Below, piece after piece: positions 44,773 through 54,860 of a DNA stretch of 64,000 bases. The stretch is from positions 19,888 through 83,887 of IMG/VR virus record IMGVR_UViG_2910510430_000001. One strand, written 5' to 3'. Each line of letters begins with the position of its first letter. The stretch's first letter is position 1. The translations under genes were made by a program, and so were the position numbers. This DNA comes from a virus. Lineage: Duplodnaviria > Caudoviricetes. The notes under the pieces were generated by a model, which did not search any database, was not told the DNA's origin, and saw only the letters and a list, made by a program, of their open reading frames with translations.

Positions 44773-45239
44773 GTATCGAAGCGGCGTTCGCGACATTGAT
44801 GCGTCGGATCGAAAGCCTCGAAGCTCAGCTGGTCGCCCAGGACCGCCGCATCAACAATATGTTCCGGGAAGGGAGCATCGCGGAGGTCGACTACGAGAAG
44901 GGCCTGGCGTCGATGGACGCCGGCGGCCTGCCGACCGACATGAGCCCGTGGCTGGAGCGAGCCGGCGCGATCCGCGACTGGACGCCAGTCACCAAGGGCG
45001 AGCGAGCGATCTTCATTTCGCCGTCCGGCGACCCGGGGCAGGGGCTCATCCTGCCCGGCGGCTATTCGAGCCAGTTCACGCAGAACCACAACAAGGGCGG
45101 TGAGCCGACCCGGACGGTCGGCGACACCCAGATCCAGCAAACAGGATCGGAGATCCGGATCACGGCGGGCGGCTCCTCACTCGTGCTGAGCCCGTCGTCG
45201 GTCACGCTGATCACGCCCGACTACAGGGTGAACCCCTGA
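44769..45239 (+). CDS. Baseplate spike protein (P2 gpV-like)
   Basis: GSIAEVDYEKG...SPWLERAG...GERAIFISPSGD. Confidence 0.88.
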   Translation: MSIEAAFATLMRRIESLEAQLVAQDRRINNMFREGSIAEVDYEKGLASMDAGGLPTDMSPWLERAGAIRDWTPVTKGERAIFISPSGDPGQGLILPGGYSSQFTQNHNKGGEPTRTVGDTQIQQTGSEIRITAGGSSLVLSPSSVTLITPDYRVNP

Positions 45240-45496
45240 TGCCCCGCGTCGCTCGCAAGACCGACAGCGGTTCGCACGGTGGCGCCATTATCACGGGCGC
45301 CGCAGCCGGCACCTGCAACGGTCTACCGATCGCCCGGGTCGGCGATCTCTACGACTGCCCGGTGCATGGCGTGAACCCGATCATCGCCGGTTCCGGCGGC
45401 TACAGCGTCGAGGGTGCGCGCGTTGCGCGGATCGGCGACCCGACCGAGTGCGGTGCGTTCATCACCACCGGCTCAGCGGATCATCATGACGAATAA
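45239..45496 (+). CDS. PAAR spike-tip protein
   Basis: PIARVGD, CPVHG, VARIGD. Confidence 0.9.
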   Translation: MPRVARKTDSGSHGGAIITGAAAGTCNGLPIARVGDLYDCPVHGVNPIIAGSGGYSVEGARVARIGDPTECGAFITTGSADHHDE

Positions 45497-45506
45497 GGAG
45501 GCCGCT

Positions 45507-45761
45507 ATGCCGGCAGAGACCAAGAAGACCTGGTACGTCCAGCGCGAAGGCTGGGTGTTCGGCCAGTACCGGAAGGTGAATGACGTCGTGAAGGCCACCG
45601 AGGACGAGGTGAAGTACCTCGTGCGGGCCGGCAACCTCGGCGCGGAGAAGGTCACCGCCACTGAAAAGCGGAAGGCGGCTTCGTCCACCCCTGCGACCGA
45701 GGCGTCTGCCACCAGCGAGACCCCGGCGTCGAAGGCCGTGGCCGACAAGTCGAAGACCTAA
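45507..45761 (+). CDS. Small hypothetical protein
   Basis: AAGGAGG RBS. Confidence 0.6.
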   Translation: MPAETKKTWYVQREGWVFGQYRKVNDVVKATEDEVKYLVRAGNLGAEKVTATEKRKAASSTPATEASATSETPASKAVADKSKT

Positions 45762-46186
45762 TGCCGAGCGTCGGCATCGACCGGCACACCGGGGCGATCC
45801 TCGTAGGATGGCCCCGAGTGGTGCAGTCCCTCGAAGTCATCCTGACCACTGAGATCGGTGAGCGGGTGCAACGGCGAGACTTCGGCACCGAGCTGCCCCG
45901 GCTGATCGACCGGCCGCAAAACCTCGATGCCGTCATGGACATTTACATGGTCACCGTCGAGGCCATCCGGCCCCGGCTGGTGCGCGGGCATGAATATGGC
46001 GAGCCCTGCTTTGCCGCGACGAATATCCAGGTGGATTTCGCGACCCCTGCCAGCCCGGGAATATACCTCGACGGGGCCTATTACCCCGAAGGTCACCGCG
46101 GCGACTTCACGATCATTGAGAACCGGACGGCTCGCTTCCTGTTGATCGACAGCGGGGAGGGCCTCCTAATTCGGAGCGCCCCGTGA
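45761..46186 (+). CDS. Baseplate gpW/gp25-like protein
   Basis: GIDRHTG, QSLEVILTT, RRDFG. Confidence 0.88.
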   Translation: MPSVGIDRHTGAILVGWPRVVQSLEVILTTEIGERVQRRDFGTELPRLIDRPQNLDAVMDIYMVTVEAIRPRLVRGHEYGEPCFAATNIQVDFATPASPGIYLDGAYYPEGHRGDFTIIENRTARFLLIDSGEGLLIRSAP

Positions 46187-47103
46187 CCTACGCCCCCACT
46201 ACGATCGACCTGTCTCGAGTTGCCGCTCCTAATGCCATCGAGGCGCTGAGCGCAGATGCGCTCGAAACCGCCTTCATTGAGCGGTTCCTGATCGCGTGGG
46301 ATGAGCAGCGGGTGAAGAGCCCGGGGCTGCCGGAGTTCAACACCGAGAACATCGAATCCAGCGTTCCCGCTATCGTGGGCGAGGCCTGGTCGTTCTTGCG
46401 GCTCCTCGATCGGGATCGCGTCAACAACGCGATCCGCGCTGTCCTGGCGCCGCTCGCTGCTGGGGCGGACCTCGACAACATCGTCGCCCGTGCCAACGTC
46501 CAGCGGCTGACGATCCGCGAAGCTACCTTCGAGACCCCGGCCGTGATGGAGACGGACGCAGCGCTCCTGCGCCGTTATCTCCTCGCGTTCGACCGGCCAT
46601 CCGCCGGGTCGCGAGATCGATACCTCTATGAGGCATGGACGGCCTGGCCGGAAATGGGCGACTGCCGCGTGAACGGTCGTGCAATTCACGGACGTCGCGG
46701 TGAGACGGACATCGTCGTCATTGGCCCCGGAGGCCGTGCAGCAACGGACGAAGAGAAAACCCTCGTCCGGAATGCCGTACTCCAGGAACACGTTCGCCCC
46801 GAAGCTGTGGCGGTTCGCGTAGTCGATGCCACCCGCGTCGAATACGCGAGCGAGCTCGTAGTCGAGATCGCGCCGGGACCTGACGCCGAGATCGTCCGCA
46901 TGGAAGCGCTCGGTCGTGTGCAGGCAGCGGCAGCGGCGCGCATCCTGATCGGCGCCGAGATCCCCGACGGCTTCATCCGTGGCGCCGCATACGGCGCGAA
47001 CATCATCAAGGTCCGCGACCTGTTGGACGTCATCATCGAGCCCGACCCGTACAGCGTGCCGGTGCCGACGACGACTGACGTTGCTGTGGAGGTTCGGCCG
47101 TGA
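46183..47103 (+). CDS. Baseplate gpJ-like protein
   Basis: IDLSRVAAP, AAGADLDNI, ETDAALLRR, SAGSRDRY. Confidence 0.9.
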   Translation: MTYAPTTIDLSRVAAPNAIEALSADALETAFIERFLIAWDEQRVKSPGLPEFNTENIESSVPAIVGEAWSFLRLLDRDRVNNAIRAVLAPLAAGADLDNIVARANVQRLTIREATFETPAVMETDAALLRRYLLAFDRPSAGSRDRYLYEAWTAWPEMGDCRVNGRAIHGRRGETDIVVIGPGGRAATDEEKTLVRNAVLQEHVRPEAVAVRVVDATRVEYASELVVEIAPGPDAEIVRMEALGRVQAAAAARILIGAEIPDGFIRGAAYGANIIKVRDLLDVIIEPDPYSVPVPTTTDVAVEVRP

Positions 47104-47735
47104 CCAGTGCTGCCAAGCTTCTGCCGGGCAACGCGGCACCGTTCGAGATCGCCGTCACTGAGGCGATGACCGATGTGCTGCCGGTTCCGATCCGCGAGAT
47201 CATGGATCCGGCAACCGCTCCGGCGGCCTTCCTGCCGTTTCTCGCCGCGCATGAGAGCGTGGATCTGTGGTTCGAGGATTGGTCGGACGACCGCAAGCGC
47301 GCGATGATTGCCCAGGCGCTACAGCTCGCTGCGCTGAAAGGGACTCCGGCAGCCAGCCAGGCATTTCTCGATTTCGTCGATGGCCAGATCCTCGACAAGA
47401 TCAGCTACCCCAGCCGCTTCGTCCTGGGGCGGTCTGCCATTGGTCGGCACCCGATCGGTCATCCCGCATTCGTCGCGCGGCACCTCGTCAAGGTCGAGAC
47501 CTTCAAGCCACCTCGCGCTCTTGTCGCTGGCCGGTCGGTGCTTGGCCGCGCCGTGCTGCGCACCCCATCACGCGAGCGCATCCGGCGATGCCGGGTGGCG
47601 CTGACCGTCGCCAAGGCGCCGGACACCGAATACCGGGCCGATTTCGCTCACGGCCGCAAGATCCGCTTGGACGATGCTGTGCCTCTCGATGGCACCTACC
47701 GCATCGGCCAGTACCTCGATCGGGTTAAGCTTTAG
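47100..47735 (+). CDS. Tail protein gpI-like
   Basis: LLPGNA, AAFLPFLA..SVDLW, KGT. Confidence 0.88.
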   Translation: MTSAAKLLPGNAAPFEIAVTEAMTDVLPVPIREIMDPATAPAAFLPFLAAHESVDLWFEDWSDDRKRAMIAQALQLAALKGTPAASQAFLDFVDGQILDKISYPSRFVLGRSAIGRHPIGHPAFVARHLVKVETFKPPRALVAGRSVLGRAVLRTPSRERIRRCRVALTVAKAPDTEYRADFAHGRKIRLDDAVPLDGTYRIGQYLDRVKL

Positions 47736-47744
47736 GGACGCCCT

Positions 47745-50102
47745 ATGACCAAAACAATTGACTTTGACGACGCCGAAATCGTCGAGCCCGGCGATCTCAG
47801 TGCGATCTCTCAGGCTGCGCGTGAGGGCGACGAGAACATCGTCGGCGGCGCGATCGGCTATCCGAGTCATTGGGCCGACTTCACTGTCTCCACGCCGTCG
47901 TCATCGACGGTGCGGATCAACCAGGGCCGCTACTTCGTCGACAGCCTCGTCTACGATCTGGATGCCCCGGAAGACATCGACATGCAGGTCCACCTGCCGC
48001 TGGTGGTCGGCGATGAGCGCTATGTCGCCATCCTCGCCCGCGGCGTCGAGCGGACGGATACCGCAGACCGGTTCGTCGAGACGGACGTTGAGACCGGCGA
48101 CACCATCCTGACGCCGCTCCCCAAGACAAATGTGCGGACCGTCGAGTTTGTGGTGCAGCAGGGTCTTGGCTCGCCGACGCCGCTGAAGCCCGTCGTCGCG
48201 GCGAACAACTGCTGCGTCTGCTACATCCGCTTGGCCGCCAACGGCATCATCGCGGTCGAAAGCAGCAACGAGCACCGGGTCAAGACGCTCTATGAAGTCG
48301 AGGGCCGCGTCGCGGTGCTCGAGGGCCAGATGGCGATCGCCTACCAGCGGACGTCGGAGATCGAGACGGACCTCGCCAATCTGCAGGGCCGGCTCAGGGA
48401 TATTCCGCGGCCCGAGCTGATCCGCCAGATCCAGACGGACGTCGCTGTGACGCGGCGCCGCTTGAACCTTCCGGACGCGGCGCGCGGCTACTTTTATGAT
48501 CCGGGCCTGGTCAAGGATCAGTGGGGCGTCGATGACGCCCTTTGGCTGGCGCGCGTCGATGAAGGCGTCCGGCACGCATTCGCAAGCGAGCGCGACGACC
48601 GCCTGGAAGTGCAGAACCCGGCGCAGACCGACATTCGGATCTACGACGACATCCTCATGCCGGCGTGGACCGAAAAGGTTCGGCTCGAAGTCGATGGCGA
48701 GGGCGGCACCAAGAATATCTCGCAGCAGGTCCACACCGTCACCACGGCGGTTGAGCGGCAGGTGTCGCGGTCGTCCGTGTCCTACGGACCGACCGTCGCC
48801 ATGTGCGAGAACGTGCAGGAATGGGGCGCCGTCGGGCAGGTTCGCTCTGGGCAGACGTTCCAGGCGAATGGCGAAACCTTCGAGAACCTCGGCGCCATCG
48901 ACGCGAGCTATGATGCGTCGACCGTCGATCTGTCGCAGTTCAGCGCGGCCAACAGCCACGATTGGAATTTCTCCGATGTCGTGGTGCACAACTCCCAGGT
49001 CGAGAACCAGAACGGGCACCAGATCTACGCCGCCCGCTCGGTGCAGGTCAGCAGCTGGACCGAGACGTATTGGGATTACGTCACCGAAACCTTCGGCATC
49101 AACGGCAGCGTCTACGCCCAGACCTGGCTCTCGACGCAGCCGATGATCATGACGTCGATCGAGCTGAAGTTCGATCGCGTCGATACCGACGGCAACGTGA
49201 CGGTCATGCTGTGCGAGGTCTCGAATACGGGTTCGCCCATCTTCGACCGCGTCATCGCGAAGTCCACACTGGAGCCGGCGAGCATCGCCGCGGGCTGGGT
49301 CAAGTTCCCGTTTAAGCCGCGCTACCTGGCGCCGGGCCGACGCTATGCGTGGGTCACGGTGACCACCGGCAATTACTCGCTGAAGACGGTCACCGGCGCG
49401 CAGTATGCCCAGGGCACTCTGTTCTGGTCGACCGACGAGGCGTGGTTCCAGGGCGCTCCGGAGGAGGACTTCTGCTTCCGGGTAAATGCGGCCGAGTTCT
49501 CTACGACTCGTGCGGTGGTCCTGCTCAATCCGCTGACCCTCGAAAACGGCATGACGGAGATCAAGCTCCTGTACGAGAGCTGGGCTCCTGAAGGCACGTC
49601 GATGATGTGGGAGGTCAAGCCGACCGGCTCCGACAATTGGGAGCCGCTTCGACCTGAGACCGATGAGCATCCGAACCCGCTTCGGGGCCTGCCCGCTCTG
49701 TGCGGGCTTCGCTTGACCATGCTCGGCACCTCGGGCCTCGCGCCAGGCATCGTGCTCAATTCCAAGGCGCGCGGCATGGCGCGGCGTCCGCGTTCGGATT
49801 GCCGGGCCGTCACGAAAGAGCTGGCGTTCGGCTACTCGACCACGGCGATCCAGGTCGAGATCGTCGTGGATCAGTTCAACGAGCTGTACCATACGGCTGT
49901 GCCTAAGATCATTGTCGGCGGCACGACCTATGACGCCGACGCGATCACCGAGCGGCGCGATCTGGCGAAGTCCACGCGGCGCACGATCCTGGCGGACTTC
50001 ACCGTTCCATCCACCCCCACCGCTCGCCTTCAGTACGAGGCGAACACCACAACTGTGCAGGCGATCTCGTTCGTCGAGAACATCAGTCTGTACGCGCTCT
50101 AA
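47745..50102 (+). CDS. Large baseplate/tail-fibre-associated protein
   Basis: Position after gpI; 785 aa, beta-rich. Confidence 0.65.
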   Translation: MTKTIDFDDAEIVEPGDLSAISQAAREGDENIVGGAIGYPSHWADFTVSTPSSSTVRINQGRYFVDSLVYDLDAPEDIDMQVHLPLVVGDERYVAILARGVERTDTADRFVETDVETGDTILTPLPKTNVRTVEFVVQQGLGSPTPLKPVVAANNCCVCYIRLAANGIIAVESSNEHRVKTLYEVEGRVAVLEGQMAIAYQRTSEIETDLANLQGRLRDIPRPELIRQIQTDVAVTRRRLNLPDAARGYFYDPGLVKDQWGVDDALWLARVDEGVRHAFASERDDRLEVQNPAQTDIRIYDDILMPAWTEKVRLEVDGEGGTKNISQQVHTVTTAVERQVSRSSVSYGPTVAMCENVQEWGAVGQVRSGQTFQANGETFENLGAIDASYDASTVDLSQFSAANSHDWNFSDVVVHNSQVENQNGHQIYAARSVQVSSWTETYWDYVTETFGINGSVYAQTWLSTQPMIMTSIELKFDRVDTDGNVTVMLCEVSNTGSPIFDRVIAKSTLEPASIAAGWVKFPFKPRYLAPGRRYAWVTVTTGNYSLKTVTGAQYAQGTLFWSTDEAWFQGAPEEDFCFRVNAAEFSTTRAVVLLNPLTLENGMTEIKLLYESWAPEGTSMMWEVKPTGSDNWEPLRPETDEHPNPLRGLPALCGLRLTMLGTSGLAPGIVLNSKARGMARRPRSDCRAVTKELAFGYSTTAIQVEIVVDQFNELYHTAVPKIIVGGTTYDADAITERRDLAKSTRRTILADFTVPSTPTARLQYEANTTTVQAISFVENISLYAL

Positions 50103-50293
50103 TGAGGCTCGCCGTGTCGCTCACCAACCTGAAGAACGACTCGGCCTACTTCGTCACGCTGGCGAAGGCGGTCGACCGTGGAAACCGGCGGCTCCTGCCG
50201 CGCGACCGGCACACGATGAAGGGCCGCGTGGTGCGGGAGATCGTCGAGGCTTATGGCGAGGAGGTGATCGCTGATGTCTCTCCCGTCACCTGA
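50102..50293 (+). CDS. Small tail protein
   Basis: TAATG coupling. Confidence 0.55.
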   Translation: MRLAVSLTNLKNDSAYFVTLAKAVDRGNRRLLPRDRHTMKGRVVREIVEAYGEEVIADVSPVT

Positions 50294-50702
50294 CAACGAC
50301 TACAAGGCGCCGGCGGACATGCGGCTGGGCCGCGTCGAATGGGACGCGGCCTTCGTCAGCGTCGGCGAGCGACTGCGGATCCTCGAAGGCTGGGAGGTCA
50401 ACTACCAGACGACGGTTGACCAGCTGAAAGCGCAAGCGCTCGACGCCGTCGTCGCCACGCTGACGCAGGAGATCGATGCGCGCCGCGCTGATCTCATCGA
50501 ACTGCAGGGCGAGTTCCAAGCGGTCTCGGACGCCTACACGGAGCTGGTGTCGGGCGGCGTCTATGCCGACGGCATCCAGCTCCGCAACGCCGTTGTCGGC
50601 CTGACCGCGACGACGGTGCAAGGCTCGATCGAAGAGCTGGCCGTCAAGGTTTCGTCGCGTCGCCGCATCACCGGTGACGCCCTGTTTTTCGGAGCGATGT
50701 AA
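50274..50702 (+). CDS. Tail protein, coiled-coil
   Basis: GGAGG RBS; position in the tail operon. Confidence 0.6.
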   Translation: MSLPSPDNDYKAPADMRLGRVEWDAAFVSVGERLRILEGWEVNYQTTVDQLKAQALDAVVATLTQEIDARRADLIELQGEFQAVSDAYTELVSGGVYADGIQLRNAVVGLTATTVQGSIEELAVKVSSRRRITGDALFFGAM

Positions 50703-51011
50703 ATGGCCTTGCCGGTCTATCACACCAACACGAACACCGATGCTGTCGCGGTCTACACCGTGCCCGCCGACAAGGTGGCCGCCGTCAGCGTCAACATCGC
50801 AGCCCTGCTCGCCAACAAGGCGAAGATTGCCATCACGTCGGGCGCCGCACCAACGGCGGCCAATTGGCTGGAAACGCAGGTCGCCATGGCAGTCGGCACG
50901 GTGCTGGAACGTACCGGCATCGTGCTGCCGGCTGGGCATAAAATCTGGATCACATCGGACGTGGCAAACGCCGTGTCGGTGCAGGTCTATGGCATTGAGG
51001 AGGCCGCATAA
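50703..51011 (+). CDS. Small tail/fibre protein
   Basis: Coupled to neighbours. Confidence 0.6.
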   Translation: MALPVYHTNTNTDAVAVYTVPADKVAAVSVNIAALLANKAKIAITSGAAPTAANWLETQVAMAVGTVLERTGIVLPAGHKIWITSDVANAVSVQVYGIEEAA

Positions 51012-51952
51012 TGGGGCGCAGTATTTCAAATGGAAACGATGCGGGTTTCAGCATCGCATTCCCGCTCGGCCCCGGCTCCAATGGTTATTGGCGCCGCATG
51101 ATGTGGCTGCGATCAGGCGCCTATTCATGGGTCGCTCCCAAAGATGGCAAGATCAAAATTGCCGCAATGGGCGCAGGCGGCAGCGGTGGTAGGCAGCGGC
51201 CCGGTGCGGGAGGCGGCCTCGCAATAGGCGAGTATGCAGTTTCATCGGGCAATATCATCACCATTACCATCGGTGCCGGTGGGGTTGGGACGGCCAGTTC
51301 GGTCGTGGGTAATACGGGCGGCACGACGACGGTCGTCTGCGCGGCGGCTGGAATCAACATTGTCGCGAACGGCGGACAAGGGGGGCAAAATGGAACGGTA
51401 GCAGCCGGCGGAACGACAACTGGCGGCAACATTAAGAATTCCCCGGGCGGTGATGGATCATCTAGCGCGACCACTGGCGGAGGTTCTTCTGGTACGCCAT
51501 TTGGCCCCGGTGCCGCTTCCACGACAGGACAGGGCGGGTCTGGTTGGGGGGGCTCTGCGACGGGGCAGGGAGGCAGTTCTAGCCATGCCCCGTCGGTGAC
51601 CTCGTCAGGTGCTTCGGGTTTGCTTTCGTTGGGTGGCAAAGAGAGCCCGACGACGAGTGACTTTGGAGGTAATGGAGAAGCTAAAGATTTCTGGGATATT
51701 TCTGATTTCGATGGCGGTGGCGGGGGTACCTCTACTAATTTAACCGGAGGTACCGGTGGCCCGGGCGCCGGTGGCGGTCGAGGTGGCAGTAACGGCACCG
51801 GCGGCACCGGCGGCATAGGTGGCGGGGGTGGCGGTGGAGCCGCCGTTGCGGGCAACGGCGGCAACGGCGGGGGCGGCGGCGGCACCGCCGGCACTGGCGG
51901 CAACGGCGGCGCTGGCGCCGTGTTCCTTTGGTTCGATGAGGTGGACGCATGA
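51011..51952 (+). CDS. Glycine-rich tail fibre/receptor-binding candidate
   Basis: GAGGGG and GGNGG repeats; atypical codon usage. Confidence 0.7.
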   Translation: MGRSISNGNDAGFSIAFPLGPGSNGYWRRMMWLRSGAYSWVAPKDGKIKIAAMGAGGSGGRQRPGAGGGLAIGEYAVSSGNIITITIGAGGVGTASSVVGNTGGTTTVVCAAAGINIVANGGQGGQNGTVAAGGTTTGGNIKNSPGGDGSSSATTGGGSSGTPFGPGAASTTGQGGSGWGGSATGQGGSSSHAPSVTSSGASGLLSLGGKESPTTSDFGGNGEAKDFWDISDFDGGGGGTSTNLTGGTGGPGAGGGRGGSNGTGGTGGIGGGGGGGAAVAGNGGNGGGGGGTAGTGGNGGAGAVFLWFDEVDA

Positions 51953-52413
51953 CCTACGCGCGCATCGTTGACGGTGTGGCCGTCGAAGTCATCGCATGGT
52001 CGCCGGAAGGCCGTTACCCAGCCGAATGGACTTGGGCCGAGGCACCGGAAGGCACACAGCAGGGTGCGACATATGACGGCGAGGCTTTCACCAACCCTTC
52101 GCCGGCGCCAGTCGATCCGGCACCAGCACCGCGCCGCTTGAAGCTGACACCATCGGAATTTCGCAACGCTTTTTCGGCATTCGAGGAAGTGGCGATTGTG
52201 GAGTTTTCGACCGGCAGCGACCCAAGCGACACGGCCGAAACCACGACGCTGCGCAAGGTGGTAGGGGTGTTCTTCGACCGGCTGAAAGACCCACATCTGA
52301 CGACGGTCGACCTTGAAGACCCGCGCAATCTCGCGGGCCTCGACATTCTCGTTAGTCAGGGCATCCTCACCGTCGAGCGCCGTGCCACCATCGCGTCCGG
52401 TCTTCCGGCCTAA
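51949..52413 (+). CDS. Tail fibre assembly-like protein
   Basis: MTYARIVDGVAVEVI...GATYDGEAFT. Confidence 0.6.
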   Translation: MTYARIVDGVAVEVIAWSPEGRYPAEWTWAEAPEGTQQGATYDGEAFTNPSPAPVDPAPAPRRLKLTPSEFRNAFSAFEEVAIVEFSTGSDPSDTAETTTLRKVVGVFFDRLKDPHLTTVDLEDPRNLAGLDILVSQGILTVERRATIASGLPA

Positions 52414-52679
52414 TGGATCACTGCACCGGCTGGTTCGAGGGCTGGTGGGGCGAGCTGTGCTGCAAACCGCATGACGGCGACTACGCCGCTCAGGTCGAGC
52501 GCCTGGTCGCCGATGCCGGGCTCTGGTCTTGCGTCTGGCACAGCCTGCCGGAGATCGCGGCGGCCCATCCGATCATCACCGGCGTCTGCGCCGGGATCTC
52601 GGCCGTGATCGGGACCATCATGTTCGTCGGCGTCCGGCTGTTCGGGCTGCCGTTCTACAAGCGGGCCGGGCGGAAGTAA
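52413..52679 (+). CDS. Small protein with PLA2-like CCxxHDxxY motif and C-terminal TM
   Basis: LCCKPHDGDY. Confidence 0.55.
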   Translation: MDHCTGWFEGWWGELCCKPHDGDYAAQVERLVADAGLWSCVWHSLPEIAAAHPIITGVCAGISAVIGTIMFVGVRLFGLPFYKRAGRK

Positions 52680-52710
52680 CCGCCCTCCTGCATCCCTCAT
52701 CCTCTCCGAA

Positions 52711-52737
52711 GGCCGTCCATCTGGGCGGCCTTTTTCT
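52711..52737 (+). terminator. Rho-independent terminator
   Basis: GGCCGTCCA-TC-TGGGCGGCC followed by TTTTT. Confidence 0.65.
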
Positions 52738-52786
52738 TTGCCCGGTCGCCGGGCCCAACCCCCGCTTGGCAACTGGAGTCGCAAGC

Positions 52787-54253
52787 ATGGATATTTTTCT
52801 CCACGGCCTCGAGACGATCGAGCGCAACGAGGGTCCGCGTCCGGTCGAGACGATCGACACGGGCATCATCGGCATGGTCTTCACTGCGCCGGATGCCAAC
52901 GCTGACCTGTGGCCCCTGAACACCCCGATCGCCATCCACGGCTACCAGGGCGGCCCGAAGGGTCTCGGCACCGCAGGCACCGGCCTCGACATGATCGAGG
53001 GCGTCTTCGATCAGGCGACCCGCGCATCGCAGACCATCGTTGGCGTCCGCGTCACCGAAGGGGCGAACGAGGCAGAGACCCGGGCCAACATCCTCGGATC
53101 TTCGACCTCGCTCACCGGCCTGCACGCGCTTCGTCAGGCGCAGTCGACCCTGCAGCTGAAGCCGAAGCTCCTGGTGGCGCCTGGCTACACATCGACCCGT
53201 CCGACTGACGGCGTCGCCACGATCGCGGTCAGCGATGCCGGCACCGGCTACACCACGCCTCCGACGGTCAGTATCGCTCGCGGCGCCGGCGACACCACTG
53301 GCGTGGGCGCCAGCGCGATCGCCATCCTCGACTCCGACGCGGGCGTTGTCAGCGAAATCGTCCTCACCAACCCGGGCAGCGGCTACACCGAGATCCCAAC
53401 GGTCACGCTGACCGGTGGCGGCGGCACCGGCGCGACGGCGACGGCAACTCTCGGCACCGTGAATAACCCGGTGACCGCGGAAATGCTGATCCTCGCCAAC
53501 CGGCTCCGCGCTGGCGTCATCGTCGACGGTCCGAACACGACCGCTGAGGATGCTGTTGCCTATCGGCAGGGCTACGCCACCGACCGGCTTCTCATCATCG
53601 ATCCGTTCGCCAAGGTGGCGAAGGGGGCGTCGATCGTCTCGGAGCCGTCCTCGGCCCGCGTCGCCGGCCTGCAGGCTCGCGTCGATTACGACGAGGGCTT
53701 CTGGTACTCGCCTTCGAACCACGTCATCGAGGGCGTCATCGGGACGTCTCGCCCGGTCGAGCACTCGCTGAGCGATCCGTCGGTCGAGTCGCAGTACATG
53801 AACCGGAATGCGGTCGCCACGATCGTGCAGTCGCCGTCGGGTGGCTACAAGCTGTGGGGCAACCGGGTTCCGTCGGGCGACACGCTGAAGCTGTTCTGGT
53901 CGGTTCGCCGGTCCCACGACACCATCATCGAGTCCATCGAGCGGGCGCATGAGCCGTTCCTCGACAAGCCGTTCTCGGTGCAGATCCTCAGCGACATCGC
54001 CGAGACCGTGAACGCGGCGCTGCGGCGCTGGGAAGCGCTGGGCGCCACGCTCGGCGGCAAGGTGTGGCTCGACCGCGCCCTGAACACCAAAGAGACCTGG
54101 GCCACCGGCCACCTCTACGTGAGCTACGACGGCGAAGCACCGGCGCCGATGGAGCACATCACGTTCATCTTCAACCGGAACACCGGCTACTACGACACCC
54201 TGTCGGAGCGCGCCGTCGCGGAAATCGCCCGCCTCTCCGGTCGCGCCGTCTAA
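52787..54253 (+). CDS. Tail sheath protein (P2 FI-like) with an inserted GSGYT-repeat domain
   Basis: FLHGLETIE, PKLLVAPG, GFWYSPSN, WGNR. Confidence 0.93.
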   Translation: MDIFLHGLETIERNEGPRPVETIDTGIIGMVFTAPDANADLWPLNTPIAIHGYQGGPKGLGTAGTGLDMIEGVFDQATRASQTIVGVRVTEGANEAETRANILGSSTSLTGLHALRQAQSTLQLKPKLLVAPGYTSTRPTDGVATIAVSDAGTGYTTPPTVSIARGAGDTTGVGASAIAILDSDAGVVSEIVLTNPGSGYTEIPTVTLTGGGGTGATATATLGTVNNPVTAEMLILANRLRAGVIVDGPNTTAEDAVAYRQGYATDRLLIIDPFAKVAKGASIVSEPSSARVAGLQARVDYDEGFWYSPSNHVIEGVIGTSRPVEHSLSDPSVESQYMNRNAVATIVQSPSGGYKLWGNRVPSGDTLKLFWSVRRSHDTIIESIERAHEPFLDKPFSVQILSDIAETVNAALRRWEALGATLGGKVWLDRALNTKETWATGHLYVSYDGEAPAPMEHITFIFNRNTGYYDTLSERAVAEIARLSGRAV

Positions 54254-54316
54254 GGCGCGACCCCACCCAACCACGACAGTCAGGGGCGACGAGCCCGCGA
54301 ATAAGGAGCAGATGGC

Positions 54317-54829
54317 ATGCGCCATATCATGCAGGGCTTCACGATGCACATCGAAGGCCTCGACTTCGGCATCGACACGGAAGAGGTCACGCTTCCTCTT
54401 CCGACCCCGGTCACCCAGGAATACCGCGGCGGCGGCATGGGCCTCGGGATGAACATGGCAATGGCAGCTCTCGAAGCGCTTGAGCCGACGATCAAGATGG
54501 CCGGGCACAACCCGGACATCATGCGCCGGATGGCCAAGGGGCCAGGCCAGACGACCCGCGTCACCTTCCGCGGTGCATTCCTCACGGAAGCGAGCGGCGT
54601 CTACGTCCCGCATGTCTGCGTGATCGAGGGAGCCCCGAACCCGGGCTCGCGCGACACCTGGCAGCGCGGCGAGAAGAGCGGCATCGAGTTCATGATGAAC
54701 ACGGTGAAATACATGCGCTACGACGTCGGCGACGAGCCGATCCACGAGGTCAGCGCATGGCCCCCGAAGTGGATCGTCGACGGCATCGACCAGATCGGCG
54801 GGATCAACGGGGCTCTCGGCTACCTGTAA
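54317..54829 (+). CDS. Tail tube protein (P2 FII-like)
   Basis: EYRGGGMG, VDGIDQ. Confidence 0.92.
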   Translation: MRHIMQGFTMHIEGLDFGIDTEEVTLPLPTPVTQEYRGGGMGLGMNMAMAALEALEPTIKMAGHNPDIMRRMAKGPGQTTRVTFRGAFLTEASGVYVPHVCVIEGAPNPGSRDTWQRGEKSGIEFMMNTVKYMRYDVGDEPIHEVSAWPPKWIVDGIDQIGGINGALGYL

Positions 54830-54860
54830 GCCGCGAGCCTTCTTCTCAACCCTCAGCTCC

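Noticed and set aside
47745-52413. Diversity-generating retroelement or invertible fibre cassette
   Set aside because: No reverse transcriptase, invertase, TR/VR pair or inverted repeats seen.
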